Assembly (NCBI GenBank): GCA_029907705.1
Contig: JARYLJ010000002.1
Span: 8,373-72,372 of the forward strand
Direction: 5' to 3'
Source of the DNA: Methanomicrobiales archaeon
GTDB taxonomy: Archaea; Halobacteriota; Methanomicrobia; Methanomicrobiales; JACTUA01
Length of the DNA: 64,000 nucleotides
The stretch's first letter is position 1; every line of letters begins with the position of its first letter. A program made the translations under genes and the position numbers. The notes beneath the pieces are model-generated. The model searched no databases and was not told the DNA's origin. It saw nothing but the letters and a program-made list of their open reading frames with translations. Positions 20,716 to 30,037 of the stretch are shown here, piece after piece.

Positions 20716-22182
20716 ATGTATCTTGAGAAGCTCGATGTACCCCTCGCGCTCACCTTCGACGATGTCCTGCTGGAGCCTGCGGAGTCGCACGTGGAGCCGA
20801 ACGAGGTGGATGTGAGGAGCAGGCTCTCGCGGAATGTACCATTGAACGTTCCTCTGGTGAGTGCGGCGATGGATACGGTGACGGAGTCGCCGATGGCAAT
20901 CGCAATCGCGAGATACGGCGGTATCGGTGTGATTCACCGGAATATGCCGCAGGAGAAGGAGATACAGGAGGTGAATGCGGTCAAACGGGCGGAGGACCTG
21001 ATCGAACGGAGCGTCCTCTCCGTGGGTGTGGATGCGACCGTCGCGGAGGTGGAGCGCCTGATGAATCAGCATGGCATAAGCGGTGTCCCTGTATTGGACA
21101 ACGGAAGGATCATCGGCATCGTGAGCCGGCGCGATATCAGAGCGATCGTGGGGAGGAGAAGGGACGAGAATATCAGGCGCGTCATGACCATGAACCCGAT
21201 CACGGCGGACGAGCAGATCACGATGGACCAGGCGCTCGAGATCATGTACACGAACAAGATCGAGCGTCTGCCTGTTGTGGACAGCGATAACAGGCTGATC
21301 GGGATCATCACAATGCAGGATATACTCGAAAGGAGGCAGTACCCGCTCGCCAATCGCGATGGAAAGGGGAGGCTCAGGGTGGCAGCAGCGGTCGGACCCT
21401 TCGACTTCGAGCGGGCGGTCAGACTGGACGAGGCAGGAGCGGATGTACTCGTCGTTGACTGTGCACATGGCCACAACATGAAGGTGGTGAGGGCTGTGAA
21501 GGACATCAAGCAGAGTGTCCGGGCCGATCTGGTTGCCGGAAACATCGCAACTGCCAGGGCAGCGGAGGCATTGATCGAGGACGTGGATGGGCTCAAGGTG
21601 GGAATCGGACCGGGCTCCATATGCACGACCAGGATCGTCGCCGGTGTGGGGGTGCCCCAGATAACCGCAGTGGCGAATGTGGCGGAGGTGACGAGGGACC
21701 ATGATATACCGGTCATTGCGGATGGAGGGGTCAGATACAGCGGTGACGTGGCGAAGGCGATCGCCGCCGGGGCGGACAGTGTCATGGCAGGGAGCCTCTT
21801 TGCGGGGACGGACGAGTCGCCCGGGCGCATGATGGTGATCAGGGGGAGGATGTACAAACAGTACCGGGGCATGGGCTCGCTCGGTGTGATGAGCGGGGGG
21901 GAATCGACGGACCGTTACTTCCAGAAGAGGGACATCGGGAGGACGAAGTTCGTGCCTGAAGGGGTGGAGGGTGCGATTCCATATGTCGGCAGGGTCTCGG
22001 AGGTGCTGTATCAGCTCATCGGAGGTCTGAAGTCTGCCATGGGTTACACTGGCTGTCGGAATATCAGGGAGCTCCATGAGAGGGCACGCTTCATCAGGAT
22101 CACGCCCGCAGGGATGCAGGAGAGCCACCCGCACAACATTCTCATCACGGACGAGGCGCCGAATTACCGGTTCCTGGATTAA
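20716..22182 (+). CDS. guaB: IMP dehydrogenase
   Basis: 488 aa. TIM barrel with an inserted CBS pair and the catalytic GIGPGSICTTR loop. Confidence 0.95.
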   Translation: MYLEKLDVPLALTFDDVLLEPAESHVEPNEVDVRSRLSRNVPLNVPLVSAAMDTVTESPMAIAIARYGGIGVIHRNMPQEKEIQEVNAVKRAEDLIERSVLSVGVDATVAEVERLMNQHGISGVPVLDNGRIIGIVSRRDIRAIVGRRRDENIRRVMTMNPITADEQITMDQALEIMYTNKIERLPVVDSDNRLIGIITMQDILERRQYPLANRDGKGRLRVAAAVGPFDFERAVRLDEAGADVLVVDCAHGHNMKVVRAVKDIKQSVRADLVAGNIATARAAEALIEDVDGLKVGIGPGSICTTRIVAGVGVPQITAVANVAEVTRDHDIPVIADGGVRYSGDVAKAIAAGADSVMAGSLFAGTDESPGRMMVIRGRMYKQYRGMGSLGVMSGGESTDRYFQKRDIGRTKFVPEGVEGAIPYVGRVSEVLYQLIGGLKSAMGYTGCRNIRELHERARFIRITPAGMQESHPHNILITDEAPNYRFLD

Positions 22183-22220
22183 TCAAATATATATATGATA
22201 ATGACTAACATTAGGTAAAT

Positions 22221-22853
22221 ATGCTCGACATGGATGCGGAATCCCGTATCCTCGACATCCTCGGCAACAGAAACAGGAGGAGGATCATCGAACTTCTCAG
22301 GCAGAAGCCCTGCTTCGTCACAGAGATATCGGAGAGGCTTATGCTCAGTCCGAAGGCGGTGATAGAGCACCTTCAGATGATGGAGGAGGAGCAGATCCTG
22401 ATCTGCAACATGGACGAGCGTCGAAGGAAATATTACTATCTGGCAAACGACATCGAGATTGAGGTCAGGTTCCAGAAATCTTTTCTGGATGAGATGAGTA
22501 GGGAGGATGACCCGCAATCCCATCTGTGGGCTTCGATTGCCCTCCTCCGGAAGATGGTGGAGTCCAGGGATAGATTGCTGGCGAATCTCGAAACACTGGA
22601 ACATGACATCGAGGCAAAGGCGGAGGAAGTGTTCGAAAGGAGCCGCGAGGCCTTCGAAAGGAAGGAGGACGCCGAGATCGTATTTGCCCTCGCCCACTAC
22701 GATCTCACGATCGGCGAGCTGGCGGAGTACACGGGGCTGGATATCTCGAGGCTCGGTTCGAGGCTGAGGGTTCTCCAGAAGAAGGGTATTGTGGACGAGA
22801 TGGAGAAAGGCTATACGCTGAAGGGGATCTATGCCAGTCGACCCGTACGATGA
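22221..22853 (+). CDS. ArsR-family winged-helix transcriptional regulator with long C-terminal extension
   Basis: 210 aa. N-terminal ILDILGNRNRRRIIELLRQKPCFVTEISERLMLSPKAVIEHLQ is an HTH. There is a second wHTH-like segment near the C-terminus. Confidence 0.7.
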   Translation: MLDMDAESRILDILGNRNRRRIIELLRQKPCFVTEISERLMLSPKAVIEHLQMMEEEQILICNMDERRRKYYYLANDIEIEVRFQKSFLDEMSREDDPQSHLWASIALLRKMVESRDRLLANLETLEHDIEAKAEEVFERSREAFERKEDAEIVFALAHYDLTIGELAEYTGLDISRLGSRLRVLQKKGIVDEMEKGYTLKGIYASRPVR

Positions 22854-23223
22854 TATTCTCAAGAATATCGCAAAGATCATGGAAGAGATAATGAAGAATC
22901 TCAACAGCAGCGGTGAGCATCACTTCGTTGGCTACACGATCGTCACAGGTCCGGATAACAAGATGAGGGTGATCAGATCCGAACCGGCCGAGGCGGAAAC
23001 CTTCTCCACCGAGCTGGTGGAGGCGGACGACTGGATCTTCATCACCGCGGAGATCCCCGCGGAGATCGAGGAGTTGCCTTATGTCGATATACAGCCGACC
23101 GAGGTCAGGATTCACGCAGGCAGAATCATGAAGCAGATCGAGCTCCCGGCGAGGATCGATGTGAAGCACAGCTTCTACGATGTGAGAAACCGTATTCTGG
23201 ATATCGCATGCCGCAAGGCATGA
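22831..23223 (+). CDS. Hsp20/alpha-crystallin-like small heat-shock protein
   Basis: 130 aa. C-terminal pattern (DDWIFITAEIPA..VDIQPTEVRI..IELPARID) resembles an ACD fold. Overlaps the regulator gene by 23 nt. Confidence 0.55.
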   Translation: MPVDPYDDILKNIAKIMEEIMKNLNSSGEHHFVGYTIVTGPDNKMRVIRSEPAEAETFSTELVEADDWIFITAEIPAEIEELPYVDIQPTEVRIHAGRIMKQIELPARIDVKHSFYDVRNRILDIACRKA

Positions 23224-23289
23224 ACATGCGTCAACCCCCTTTGTTTATAAGGTAAAAAGTTCCCATCCTGAAGGTAGATCGGGGTTCTC

Positions 23290-23570
23290 CTCTCTTTTTC
23301 ATAGCAATATCGAACAAAAATGCATCCGAAAATTGTATATCCACAATATCGCTCGTGATAAAACGATCAGATCGACCGATGCCGCCGCATTCAGGCAATT
23401 CCCGATCGCCGGAGTTCATCCGGAAAAGGAAAGGGAGAATCGCACGCAGGGACGCCGGAGCAGGGGGGCGGAGGCATGCGGTGCCCCCTGGAGCGCTCGA
23501 TATCATCAAGGAGAGGTTTGTTCTTTCATGTGCCGCGATATCCGCTCAAACCGCATCCTCCTTCTGAAGT
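23290..23570 (+). repeat. intergenic repeat family, copy B
   Basis: Aligns by eye with 63449-63770 in three modules: 'atcgaa.aaaa.tgcatccga.aat', 'gagaatcgcacgcag...cccctggagcg', 'gcatcctc..tgaa'. Lies between convergent gene ends. Confidence 0.75.
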
Positions 23571-23690
23571 TGTATATTCGCCTGCAGTGGATTTTGTGCA
23601 ATATCACCGCATCGCATACGGGTCTCCGGTCAGGGGAAAAAAAGGGGCGGATAAGAGGCTCTCCGGCATGGACTCCCTTCCCCTTCGATG

Positions 23691-24248
23691 TCAGAGTCCC
23701 ATGGATTCGAGCAGGTAGAGGAACCCGGCGATCAGGATCGCCACGACAGGGACGACATAATGTGCAGGTATACCGAGCAGTTCCGGAATCGTCTCCACCC
23801 CGAAGTCGCCGCGTTTCAGGACGGTCCGTTCGAGGGCCGGATACAGATGGGCGAAGATCCCTGCACCGATCGTGATCCCCAGCATTCCGATGGCCGCATC
23901 CAGCGCGCCTGAGCCAAATGCGCCGGCGGCAGTTCCGGGGCAGTAACCAAGGATCGCGAAACCGGCGCCGAATATGAGGCCGCCGATCACGGTCGCTCCG
24001 ATGGAGCCGCTCCTGTAATGGAGGCGTATCAGGCCTGCCGCCTTCATCGCATGCACTCCGATCATGCCGACCAGGATGGCAGAGAGCATGATCTTCACCA
24101 CGGTGAAATCGGTGAGGAGGAGCTGTCCGAGGATTACTCCGTATTCGGTCGCGCCTGCACGCTGCAGGAGGAAACCGAAGACGATACCTGTGAGGAGACC
24201 CAGAAGAATCTGGGCCCTCTCGTTGGATCTCAGTCGTTCGAATGCCAT
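23691..24248 (-). CDS. YeeE/YedE-family sulfur-compound transporter, half-size subunit
   Basis: 185 aa, hydrophobic. GYCPGT motif typical of YedE-type halves. Confidence 0.8.
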   Translation of the reverse strand: MAFERLRSNERAQILLGLLTGIVFGFLLQRAGATEYGVILGQLLLTDFTVVKIMLSAILVGMIGVHAMKAAGLIRLHYRSGSIGATVIGGLIFGAGFAILGYCPGTAAGAFGSGALDAAIGMLGITIGAGIFAHLYPALERTVLKRGDFGVETIPELLGIPAHYVVPVVAILIAGFLYLLESMGL

Positions 24249-24258
24249 TCCCTGACCC

Positions 24259-24801
24259 TCAGATGAACCTGAATCCGAACATCAAGCCGGCAATCAGTAT
24301 TCCACCGGCAAAGAAGCAGGCGGCTGCCACCCAGCTCGCGATGGAGAGCTGGAGTGTCCCCGATATCCCGTGACCAGAGGTGCATCCTCCGGCCCAGCGT
24401 GCTCCCAGGCCCATGAGAATGCCACCGAAGAGCGCCACGGACGCTCGCAGCACCACATTGGCACCGAAGGACTCGGCGAAGAGGGGTGGAACGAGCAGAA
24501 GTCCAAAGGTGCCTGATAGGTACGAGGAGATGAACGCACCGATCACCACTCCCGCGACGATCATCCACTGCCAGTCGAACTTCGGAGAGAAAAGCCGGTA
24601 ATATGGCATCGACTTCACCCGCTTCCCGAAGATGGCCGACTCCATTATACCTGCGGTCTTTGCATAAGCCGTCGAAGCGCCCAGTGGCCTGTCGGAAAGC
24701 AAAAACGTGGTCCAGATCAATATACCGATACCTGCCCCTGCGATATAGGGGGACCATCTTGCCACAGTAAACCATTCCAGCATCATGCACCTCTGATCCA
24801 T
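24259..24801 (-). CDS. YeeE/YedE-family sulfur-compound transporter, half-size subunit
   Basis: 180 aa, hydrophobic. GGCTSGHG motif typical of YeeE-type halves. Lies 10 nt upstream of its partner. Confidence 0.8.
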   Translation of the reverse strand: MDQRCMMLEWFTVARWSPYIAGAGIGILIWTTFLLSDRPLGASTAYAKTAGIMESAIFGKRVKSMPYYRLFSPKFDWQWMIVAGVVIGAFISSYLSGTFGLLLVPPLFAESFGANVVLRASVALFGGILMGLGARWAGGCTSGHGISGTLQLSIASWVAAACFFAGGILIAGLMFGFRFI

Positions 24802-24845
24802 TGAGAATGCGATATTCAGTGATAATTCCTTGGATTATCTCCTGT

Positions 24846-26213
24846 TCATTCGGCAAAACCTGCCCGCTGGTAGGCGGTGAAACCTCCGGCAAGGTTCGAG
24901 ACGAGCCTGAAACCGTGCATGAGCAGGATGCTGGCGGCGATACTGGCGCGCTGTCCTCCCCTGCACATGACGATGGTATGGGTTTCCGGGTCCAGTTCGC
25001 CATGCCGTGTCCTCAGATCATGCCAGGGGATGTGAATCGAACCCTCCGCATGACCTGCCTGGTGCTCCTCCCATGATCGGACATCGACAAGCACCGCCTC
25101 GCCCGAGCGGACGAGTTGGTTCACCTCCTCCGGTGAGACGACCGGGACCCGGCCGATGGGATATCCGGCGGTTCCCCATGCCAGCAGACCCCCATCGAGG
25201 AATCCTGCGATCCGATCGAATCCGACCCGCCGGAGCTGAAGGGCCGCCTCTTTCGCCTGCCATGCGTACTCGACCACGAGGAGTATCTCCTTCTCAGGTG
25301 GGATGACCCATCCGGCCTGCGTGGCGAAGTTGCCTGACAGGTCGATATGCCAGGAGCCGGGGATATGAAGGCCGGAGAATGCAGGATAACTCCGCGTATC
25401 GAGAACCACTGCATCTCCTCCCTGCATGCAGCGCATGAAGGTAACCGGCTCCATCGCGACAGGAGGTTTCATATCCCGCATCAGGAGAGGGCCCCTGCGG
25501 TTGATCTCGGAGCACCGGGCGAAGTGATCGGGTGCCGCCGGCATATCCGAGGTAAGTGCCCGGACAAAATCTTCGATCCGCCTGATCTTCAACGCATAAT
25601 TGTACTTCTTCTCGTATCCAACGGTGCTCATCCTCTTCGCCGCCATCATCCTGCCACAGAGCGAACCCATTCCGTGTGCGGGATACACCTCGCATTCATC
25701 AGGCAGTGTCATGATCTTGTTGTGCAGGTTACTGAAGAGCGATGATGCCAGCTCCTCCGCCTTTCCCGGGAAGAGATCGGGCCGGCCTACATCCCCGACG
25801 AACAGGGTGTCCCCCGAGAAGAGGGCGACGGGGGTATCGCCACGAGAGGTATCGGCAGTGACATAGCAGATGTGTTCCGGTGTGTGGCCGGCCGTCTCGA
25901 TCACGCAAAAGACGATATCTTCGAGCTGGACTTCATCGCCTTCCACCAGACCTCTGTGAGGAAATGTACACTTCCCGGACCTCGGTGCATATATCTCTGC
26001 ACCGGTTTCTTCGGCGAGATCGAGGTGTCCTGAAACGAAGTCCGCATGAAGGTGGGTCTCCATGATGTGGGTGATCCGGACCCCCATCTCCCTGGCGGCC
26101 TCGATATACCTCTTCACATCCCTCGCAGGGTCGATGACTGCGCATGCGTTCTTCCCTGCAACGATGTAGGAACTGTGCGCAATACCGGGGATGAAGAACT
26201 GCTGTATATGCAT
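24846..26213 (-). CDS. MBL-fold hydrolase fused to two rhodanese domains (persulfide-dioxygenase-like/sulfurtransferase)
   Basis: 455 aa. N-terminal THLHADF metal motif. The C-terminal rhodanese carries the active-site loop CRGGQR. The middle rhodanese-like domain lacks the Cys. Confidence 0.85.
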   Translation of the reverse strand: MHIQQFFIPGIAHSSYIVAGKNACAVIDPARDVKRYIEAAREMGVRITHIMETHLHADFVSGHLDLAEETGAEIYAPRSGKCTFPHRGLVEGDEVQLEDIVFCVIETAGHTPEHICYVTADTSRGDTPVALFSGDTLFVGDVGRPDLFPGKAEELASSLFSNLHNKIMTLPDECEVYPAHGMGSLCGRMMAAKRMSTVGYEKKYNYALKIRRIEDFVRALTSDMPAAPDHFARCSEINRRGPLLMRDMKPPVAMEPVTFMRCMQGGDAVVLDTRSYPAFSGLHIPGSWHIDLSGNFATQAGWVIPPEKEILLVVEYAWQAKEAALQLRRVGFDRIAGFLDGGLLAWGTAGYPIGRVPVVSPEEVNQLVRSGEAVLVDVRSWEEHQAGHAEGSIHIPWHDLRTRHGELDPETHTIVMCRGGQRASIAASILLMHGFRLVSNLAGGFTAYQRAGFAE

Positions 26214-26227
26214 AAGTTCACACCGCC

Positions 26228-28030
26228 TTATGCGATGAGAAAGAAGATGATGGTTACGGCTATCGCAATAAAGACGAGGGTCATGATCCCCCCCGCCCGG
26301 AGGTAGTCACGGGTCGTGTAACCGCCCGGGCCCATCAGCAGCGCGTTGACCTGATGTGTGGGGAGGATGAAGGAGTTGGAGGCGCACACCCCGACGAGCA
26401 GTGCGAGTGCCCGGGGGTCAGTGCCCAGGCCGGCTCCCGTGAGCATGGCGAGCGGTACCAGGAGAACGGTGGCCGCGACATTGGAGATGACGAGCGTGAG
26501 GGCGGTGGTGATGATCGCAAAGGAGAAAAACACCACGAGGGGGTGAGCCCCTTCGAGTGCTCCTGCGAGTGCGACCGCCAGCAGGACCGCAGCGCCGCTC
26601 TTCTCCATGGCAATCCCGAGGGGGAGGAGACCTGCGATCAGAACAATGCTCTTCCAGTCGATCGCATGGTAGGCATCCTCGATCGTGAGGACGCCCGTGA
26701 CGATCATCCCTGCCGCCCCGGTGAGGAGTGCCAGCGAGATCGGTACACCCGCGAATGTGAGCGCGATGGATGCGGCAAAGAGGAGGATTGCAAGGTACGC
26801 CTTGCCATGACGGACGATCTCGCCCACCGGCTGTGTGACGAGGAGCAGGTCGCGATGGTTTGCCAGCAGCCTCAGGTTCTCCCATGACCCGAAGGCAACG
26901 ATCACGTCGCCTGCGGCGAGAGGAATATGCGAGAAGTCCGCGCGGGTCTCCGTCTCCCCTCTCACGTGGACGATCGGCTCCACGGAGAAGGTCTGCCTGA
27001 AGCTGATCTCCCGTGGTGTCCTGCCCACGATCGAAGCGCGTGGTCTCACCACGAGCTCGGCGAATCCATAACCTTCGCCTTCGAGTATCTCTTTGAGCCT
27101 GCTCCGATCACCCGAGGAGATGCAGCCTGTCTCTCTGATGAAACGAGCAAAATCCTCCTCGGATCCGATGAATGCCAGCTCCTGTCCTGCCTCCAGTCGT
27201 GTCCCCCGGGAAGGGGCGATGCTGATCTCGTCGAGGGACCATATGGCAAGGAGGTCGAGGCCATATCGGAACTTGAAGTATGCGTCCTCGCGGGTCTTTC
27301 CAGCCAGCGACGAGGATGGAGGCACGATGCAGGACCTGATCGGTTGATCGATTCTCCAGATCTCCGCGACGGTTGCGCCCTCCTCACCCCACCCCCCGAG
27401 GGGCAGCAGATATTCTTTCGCGAGCGCGAAGAGGAGCACGCCCGCCACGAGCAGGGGAATCCCGACCGGCGTGACGTCGAAGATGGAGAAAGGCGCCGCG
27501 TCTGCGGTCCGGAGCAGGTCGTTCAGTACGATGAGCGGGCCGGAACCGATCATCGTGATGCAGCCGCCGAGAATGGTGGCGAAGCCGATCGGCATGATGA
27601 GCCGGGAGACGGGTGTCCGAGTGCGCCGTGACAACCTCCGCATCGCGGGGAGGAAGAGAGCAGCGGCTCCGATGTTCTGAAGGACGGATGAAAGAAGGCC
27701 TGCGGTCAAGGAGGTGAATGCAACGACCCGCGTCTCCTCGTTACCCGTGTACCTGACGATCGAATTCGCGATCCAGGTCGCGATACCCGTGCGCTCTATG
27801 CCATGTCCCAGGATCATCACCGCAGCCATCGCAACGACCGCATTCGATGCAAATCCCGAGAGTGCCTCCGCCGGGGTGACGAGGCCGAGCCAGGCGAGGG
27901 CGAGAGTCGCGAGGATTGCGACCACGTCGATCCTGATCCTGTCGGAGACGAAGAGGATCAGCGTCATTGCGATGATGAGGAGGACGAGGATGATACTGAC
28001 GTCCATGCGAACTACCTGGTTATTTGGCAT
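26228..28030 (-). CDS. SLC13/DASS-family anion transporter with central TrkA-C (RCK_C) domains
   Basis: 600 aa. Hydrophobic N- and C-terminal halves flank a soluble roughly 170-aa insert with the TrkA-C pattern. Confidence 0.8.
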   Translation of the reverse strand: MPNNQVVRMDVSIILVLLIIAMTLILFVSDRIRIDVVAILATLALAWLGLVTPAEALSGFASNAVVAMAAVMILGHGIERTGIATWIANSIVRYTGNEETRVVAFTSLTAGLLSSVLQNIGAAALFLPAMRRLSRRTRTPVSRLIMPIGFATILGGCITMIGSGPLIVLNDLLRTADAAPFSIFDVTPVGIPLLVAGVLLFALAKEYLLPLGGWGEEGATVAEIWRIDQPIRSCIVPPSSSLAGKTREDAYFKFRYGLDLLAIWSLDEISIAPSRGTRLEAGQELAFIGSEEDFARFIRETGCISSGDRSRLKEILEGEGYGFAELVVRPRASIVGRTPREISFRQTFSVEPIVHVRGETETRADFSHIPLAAGDVIVAFGSWENLRLLANHRDLLLVTQPVGEIVRHGKAYLAILLFAASIALTFAGVPISLALLTGAAGMIVTGVLTIEDAYHAIDWKSIVLIAGLLPLGIAMEKSGAAVLLAVALAGALEGAHPLVVFFSFAIITTALTLVISNVAATVLLVPLAMLTGAGLGTDPRALALLVGVCASNSFILPTHQVNALLMGPGGYTTRDYLRAGGIMTLVFIAIAVTIIFFLIA

Positions 28031-28084
28031 CCGCTGGCAAAAAGGTGCCCTGAAGGAAAGCGGTCAATCATCAGCTCCCCCGTG

Positions 28085-28260
28085 AATGACCGGATCTTCT
28101 GGCCTGCCCGGTTACGACGGCCATTCGCATCGCTCGCTCTGGCCGCGCCGCGCATCGAAACCCTTTCAGGCACGCATTCAGAGACAGGATGGAGATGGCC
28201 TCACTTCGCCCCGGTGCGCAGGCCTGTATCTGGCATGCGGCGGAAGTTCGGCGGCGCTCA
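28085..28260. repeat. diverged repeat modules (F-type), homologous to 13575-13800
   Basis: Shares anchors with 13.6 kb ('ggcctg', 'acggccatt', 'attcagaga'). 'gcgccgc..tcgaaaccctttcagg' also recurs at 51485-51520. Confidence 0.5.
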
Positions 28261-28275
28261 CGGGCAGGAAGATTA

Positions 28276-28833
28276 TCACTCCACACGCAGATATGCACGA
28301 ATCCTGGAGCGGATCTCCTCAGAACTCTCTCGATAGAGATGCTCCATAAGGGCCCCCTTCGCCTCTCCCGAATTCGAGGAGGCCAGCGCGGCCACGGCCA
28401 TCGTCCTCACATAGACGTTGTCGTCCCGGAGGCATGCCTTCAGCAGATCGATGGCCGATGGAGGGACGCGGTTCAGCAGGGATTTCGCTGCCATGTATCT
28501 GACATGTTCGCGCGGATCCTTCAGCATACCGACGATGATATCCTCCACTCCGGCAATTTCCATCCTTCCCAGCGCCTCAACCGAGCGGTACCTGATCACC
28601 CAGTCAGGATCCTCCAGTCCCTTCCGCAACAGAGGGATCGCCCCCTCCCCGTGGCACGCGAGTGCATCCGATGCAGCTGCCCGGACGGTTTTATCAGGGT
28701 CTCCCAACAACGACCAGAGCGATGCGAGTGCCAGATCGCTACTCTCTCCTTCCGCCAGGAGCTGCGCAGCTCTTTTCCGGTCCGCCCGCACCGGTGATGA
28801 GAGTAGTTTTTGTAACTCTTCGATCTCGCTCAT
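28276..28833 (-). CDS. HEAT-repeat (PBS-lyase-like) protein
   Basis: 185 aa. Repeated DPD/V.VR..AA.AL units are typical of HEAT_2/PBS-lyase repeats. Confidence 0.75.
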   Translation of the reverse strand: MSEIEELQKLLSSPVRADRKRAAQLLAEGESSDLALASLWSLLGDPDKTVRAAASDALACHGEGAIPLLRKGLEDPDWVIRYRSVEALGRMEIAGVEDIIVGMLKDPREHVRYMAAKSLLNRVPPSAIDLLKACLRDDNVYVRTMAVAALASSNSGEAKGALMEHLYRESSEEIRSRIRAYLRVE

Positions 28834-28869
28834 ACTTTCAACGAAGACGATCGTTCCACGAGAGTTGGA

Positions 28870-29124
28870 TCAACCGGCGAGAAACCCGTCCCGCAAGCCC
28901 CAGAGGAACTGATCCCGGTATTTCATGATCCACTCATACGCCATTCTGTACTTCTCGTCCTGTGTCTTCTCGAATTCCATCTTCAGATGGGTGAGCAGGA
29001 TGGGCACTCCCCGATCCCTGTTCTCCCTGACGACAGACAGAAGACCATTCGCCTCCATGGATTCGATCGCCTTCAGTATCTGCGGTTTCACCCGTATGGC
29101 GTCCCTGCCATCTCTTCCGGTCAT
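28870..29124 (-). CDS. hypothetical protein (84 aa)
   Basis: The ORF has a plausible composition. No family recognised. Confidence 0.45.
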   Translation of the reverse strand: MTGRDGRDAIRVKPQILKAIESMEANGLLSVVRENRDRGVPILLTHLKMEFEKTQDEKYRMAYEWIMKYRDQFLWGLRDGFLAG

Positions 29125-29660
29125 GAAGGCAGCATTGGTGGCAAATTATCATCAGGTTTGCGAAAGGGATTTATCGAAAATGGCATGGATAGGAGGCGCA
29201 ACATACCGCAAAAACGGATGATAAAAGAATTGTTGCTCGAAGGTCAGGGAATGAGCAGGCACCGCTGAACAAGCGATGAGATGGAACCATGCATGTGAAA
29301 ATATTTTATGGAGGTGATGATATCCATTGCCGACCTGCACCCGTTGAAGCCGCAGATATTCGAGGTTGCCCCGGCTGCCGCAGAGATGAATTGATTGACC
29401 ACCGTGCCCGAGAACGGTGGATTCCGATCGAGCCACGTTGGGCTCGGGGTAGGGACCGTCACGACATGAGAAGCCATCATCAGCATTGGGTTATTTCGCT
29501 GATGAGGTCTGGTAGATTTCGAGATACATATGGAGGAGGTATGATATTTTTCCGCCAATCTTTTCTGCACCATACCAGTTGGATGCCAGCTCATTTCCCT
29601 TGGCCTCTTTCGCGATCTGTCCGTCCAGATGAATCGGCCGCAACGATCCATCCGAGGACA

Positions 29661-29830
29661 ATCAATTAGTAGTCACTTATTATATATAAAACTTTTTAAT
29701 TTTTTTATTCTAATTATAACATTTATAAAAGTAAAATAAACTCGAAAAAAACGTTTTAATCTGATAATTCTATATTAAAAAATTAATATTACCTCCGGGA
29801 TCAGTTGAAATATAACTATCTTTATCAAAT
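29661..29830. other. extreme AT-rich block
   Basis: Hand count over 29671-29790 gives 15 G/C in 120 nt. The surrounding genome is GC-rich. Contains multiple TATA-like strings. Confidence 0.8.
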
Positions 29831-29857
29831 TCCCTCGCTCCTACTCATCCGGGCATC

Positions 29858-30037
29858 TCATTCCCTGATCATCAGGATGCCGAAGATCACGAGAAAGATC
29901 CCGATCAGGATACAGACGATGCCAATTGCGCCCAGGATGAAATCGATCACCTGAGGCATGAAGCTGTAGACCCCCCATCCCCCGACAACAATCAAAACGA
30001 TTCCAATCAATGTTGAGATCAGACCTGTCCTGTCCAT
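29858..30037 (-). CDS. small hydrophobic membrane protein (59 aa)
   Basis: Start moved to ATG 30037, preceded by GGAGGTGGAGAG. MDRTGLISTLIGIVLIVVGGWGVYSF...ILGAIGIVCILIGIFLVIFGILMIRE predicts two TM helices. Confidence 0.5.
   Translation of the reverse strand: MDRTGLISTLIGIVLIVVGGWGVYSFMPQVIDFILGAIGIVCILIGIFLVIFGILMIRE

Noticed and set aside
20116-22134. 672-aa minus-strand ORF spanning mfnB and guaB in antisense
   Set aside because: It crosses an intergenic boundary of two clearly real plus-strand genes. Its composition is not protein-like.
29244-29651. 135-aa minus-strand ORF, and the overlapping 126-aa plus-strand ORF 29289-29669
   Set aside because: The two ORFs are mutually exclusive. 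Neither has a recognisable domain, a plausible start context or typical composition. The region is treated as non-coding or decayed.
29661-29830. AT-rich block as the chromosomal replication origin
   Set aside because: I saw no ORB or mini-ORB repeats flanking it and no orc1/cdc6 gene within the window. It is kept only as an unexplained compositional anomaly.
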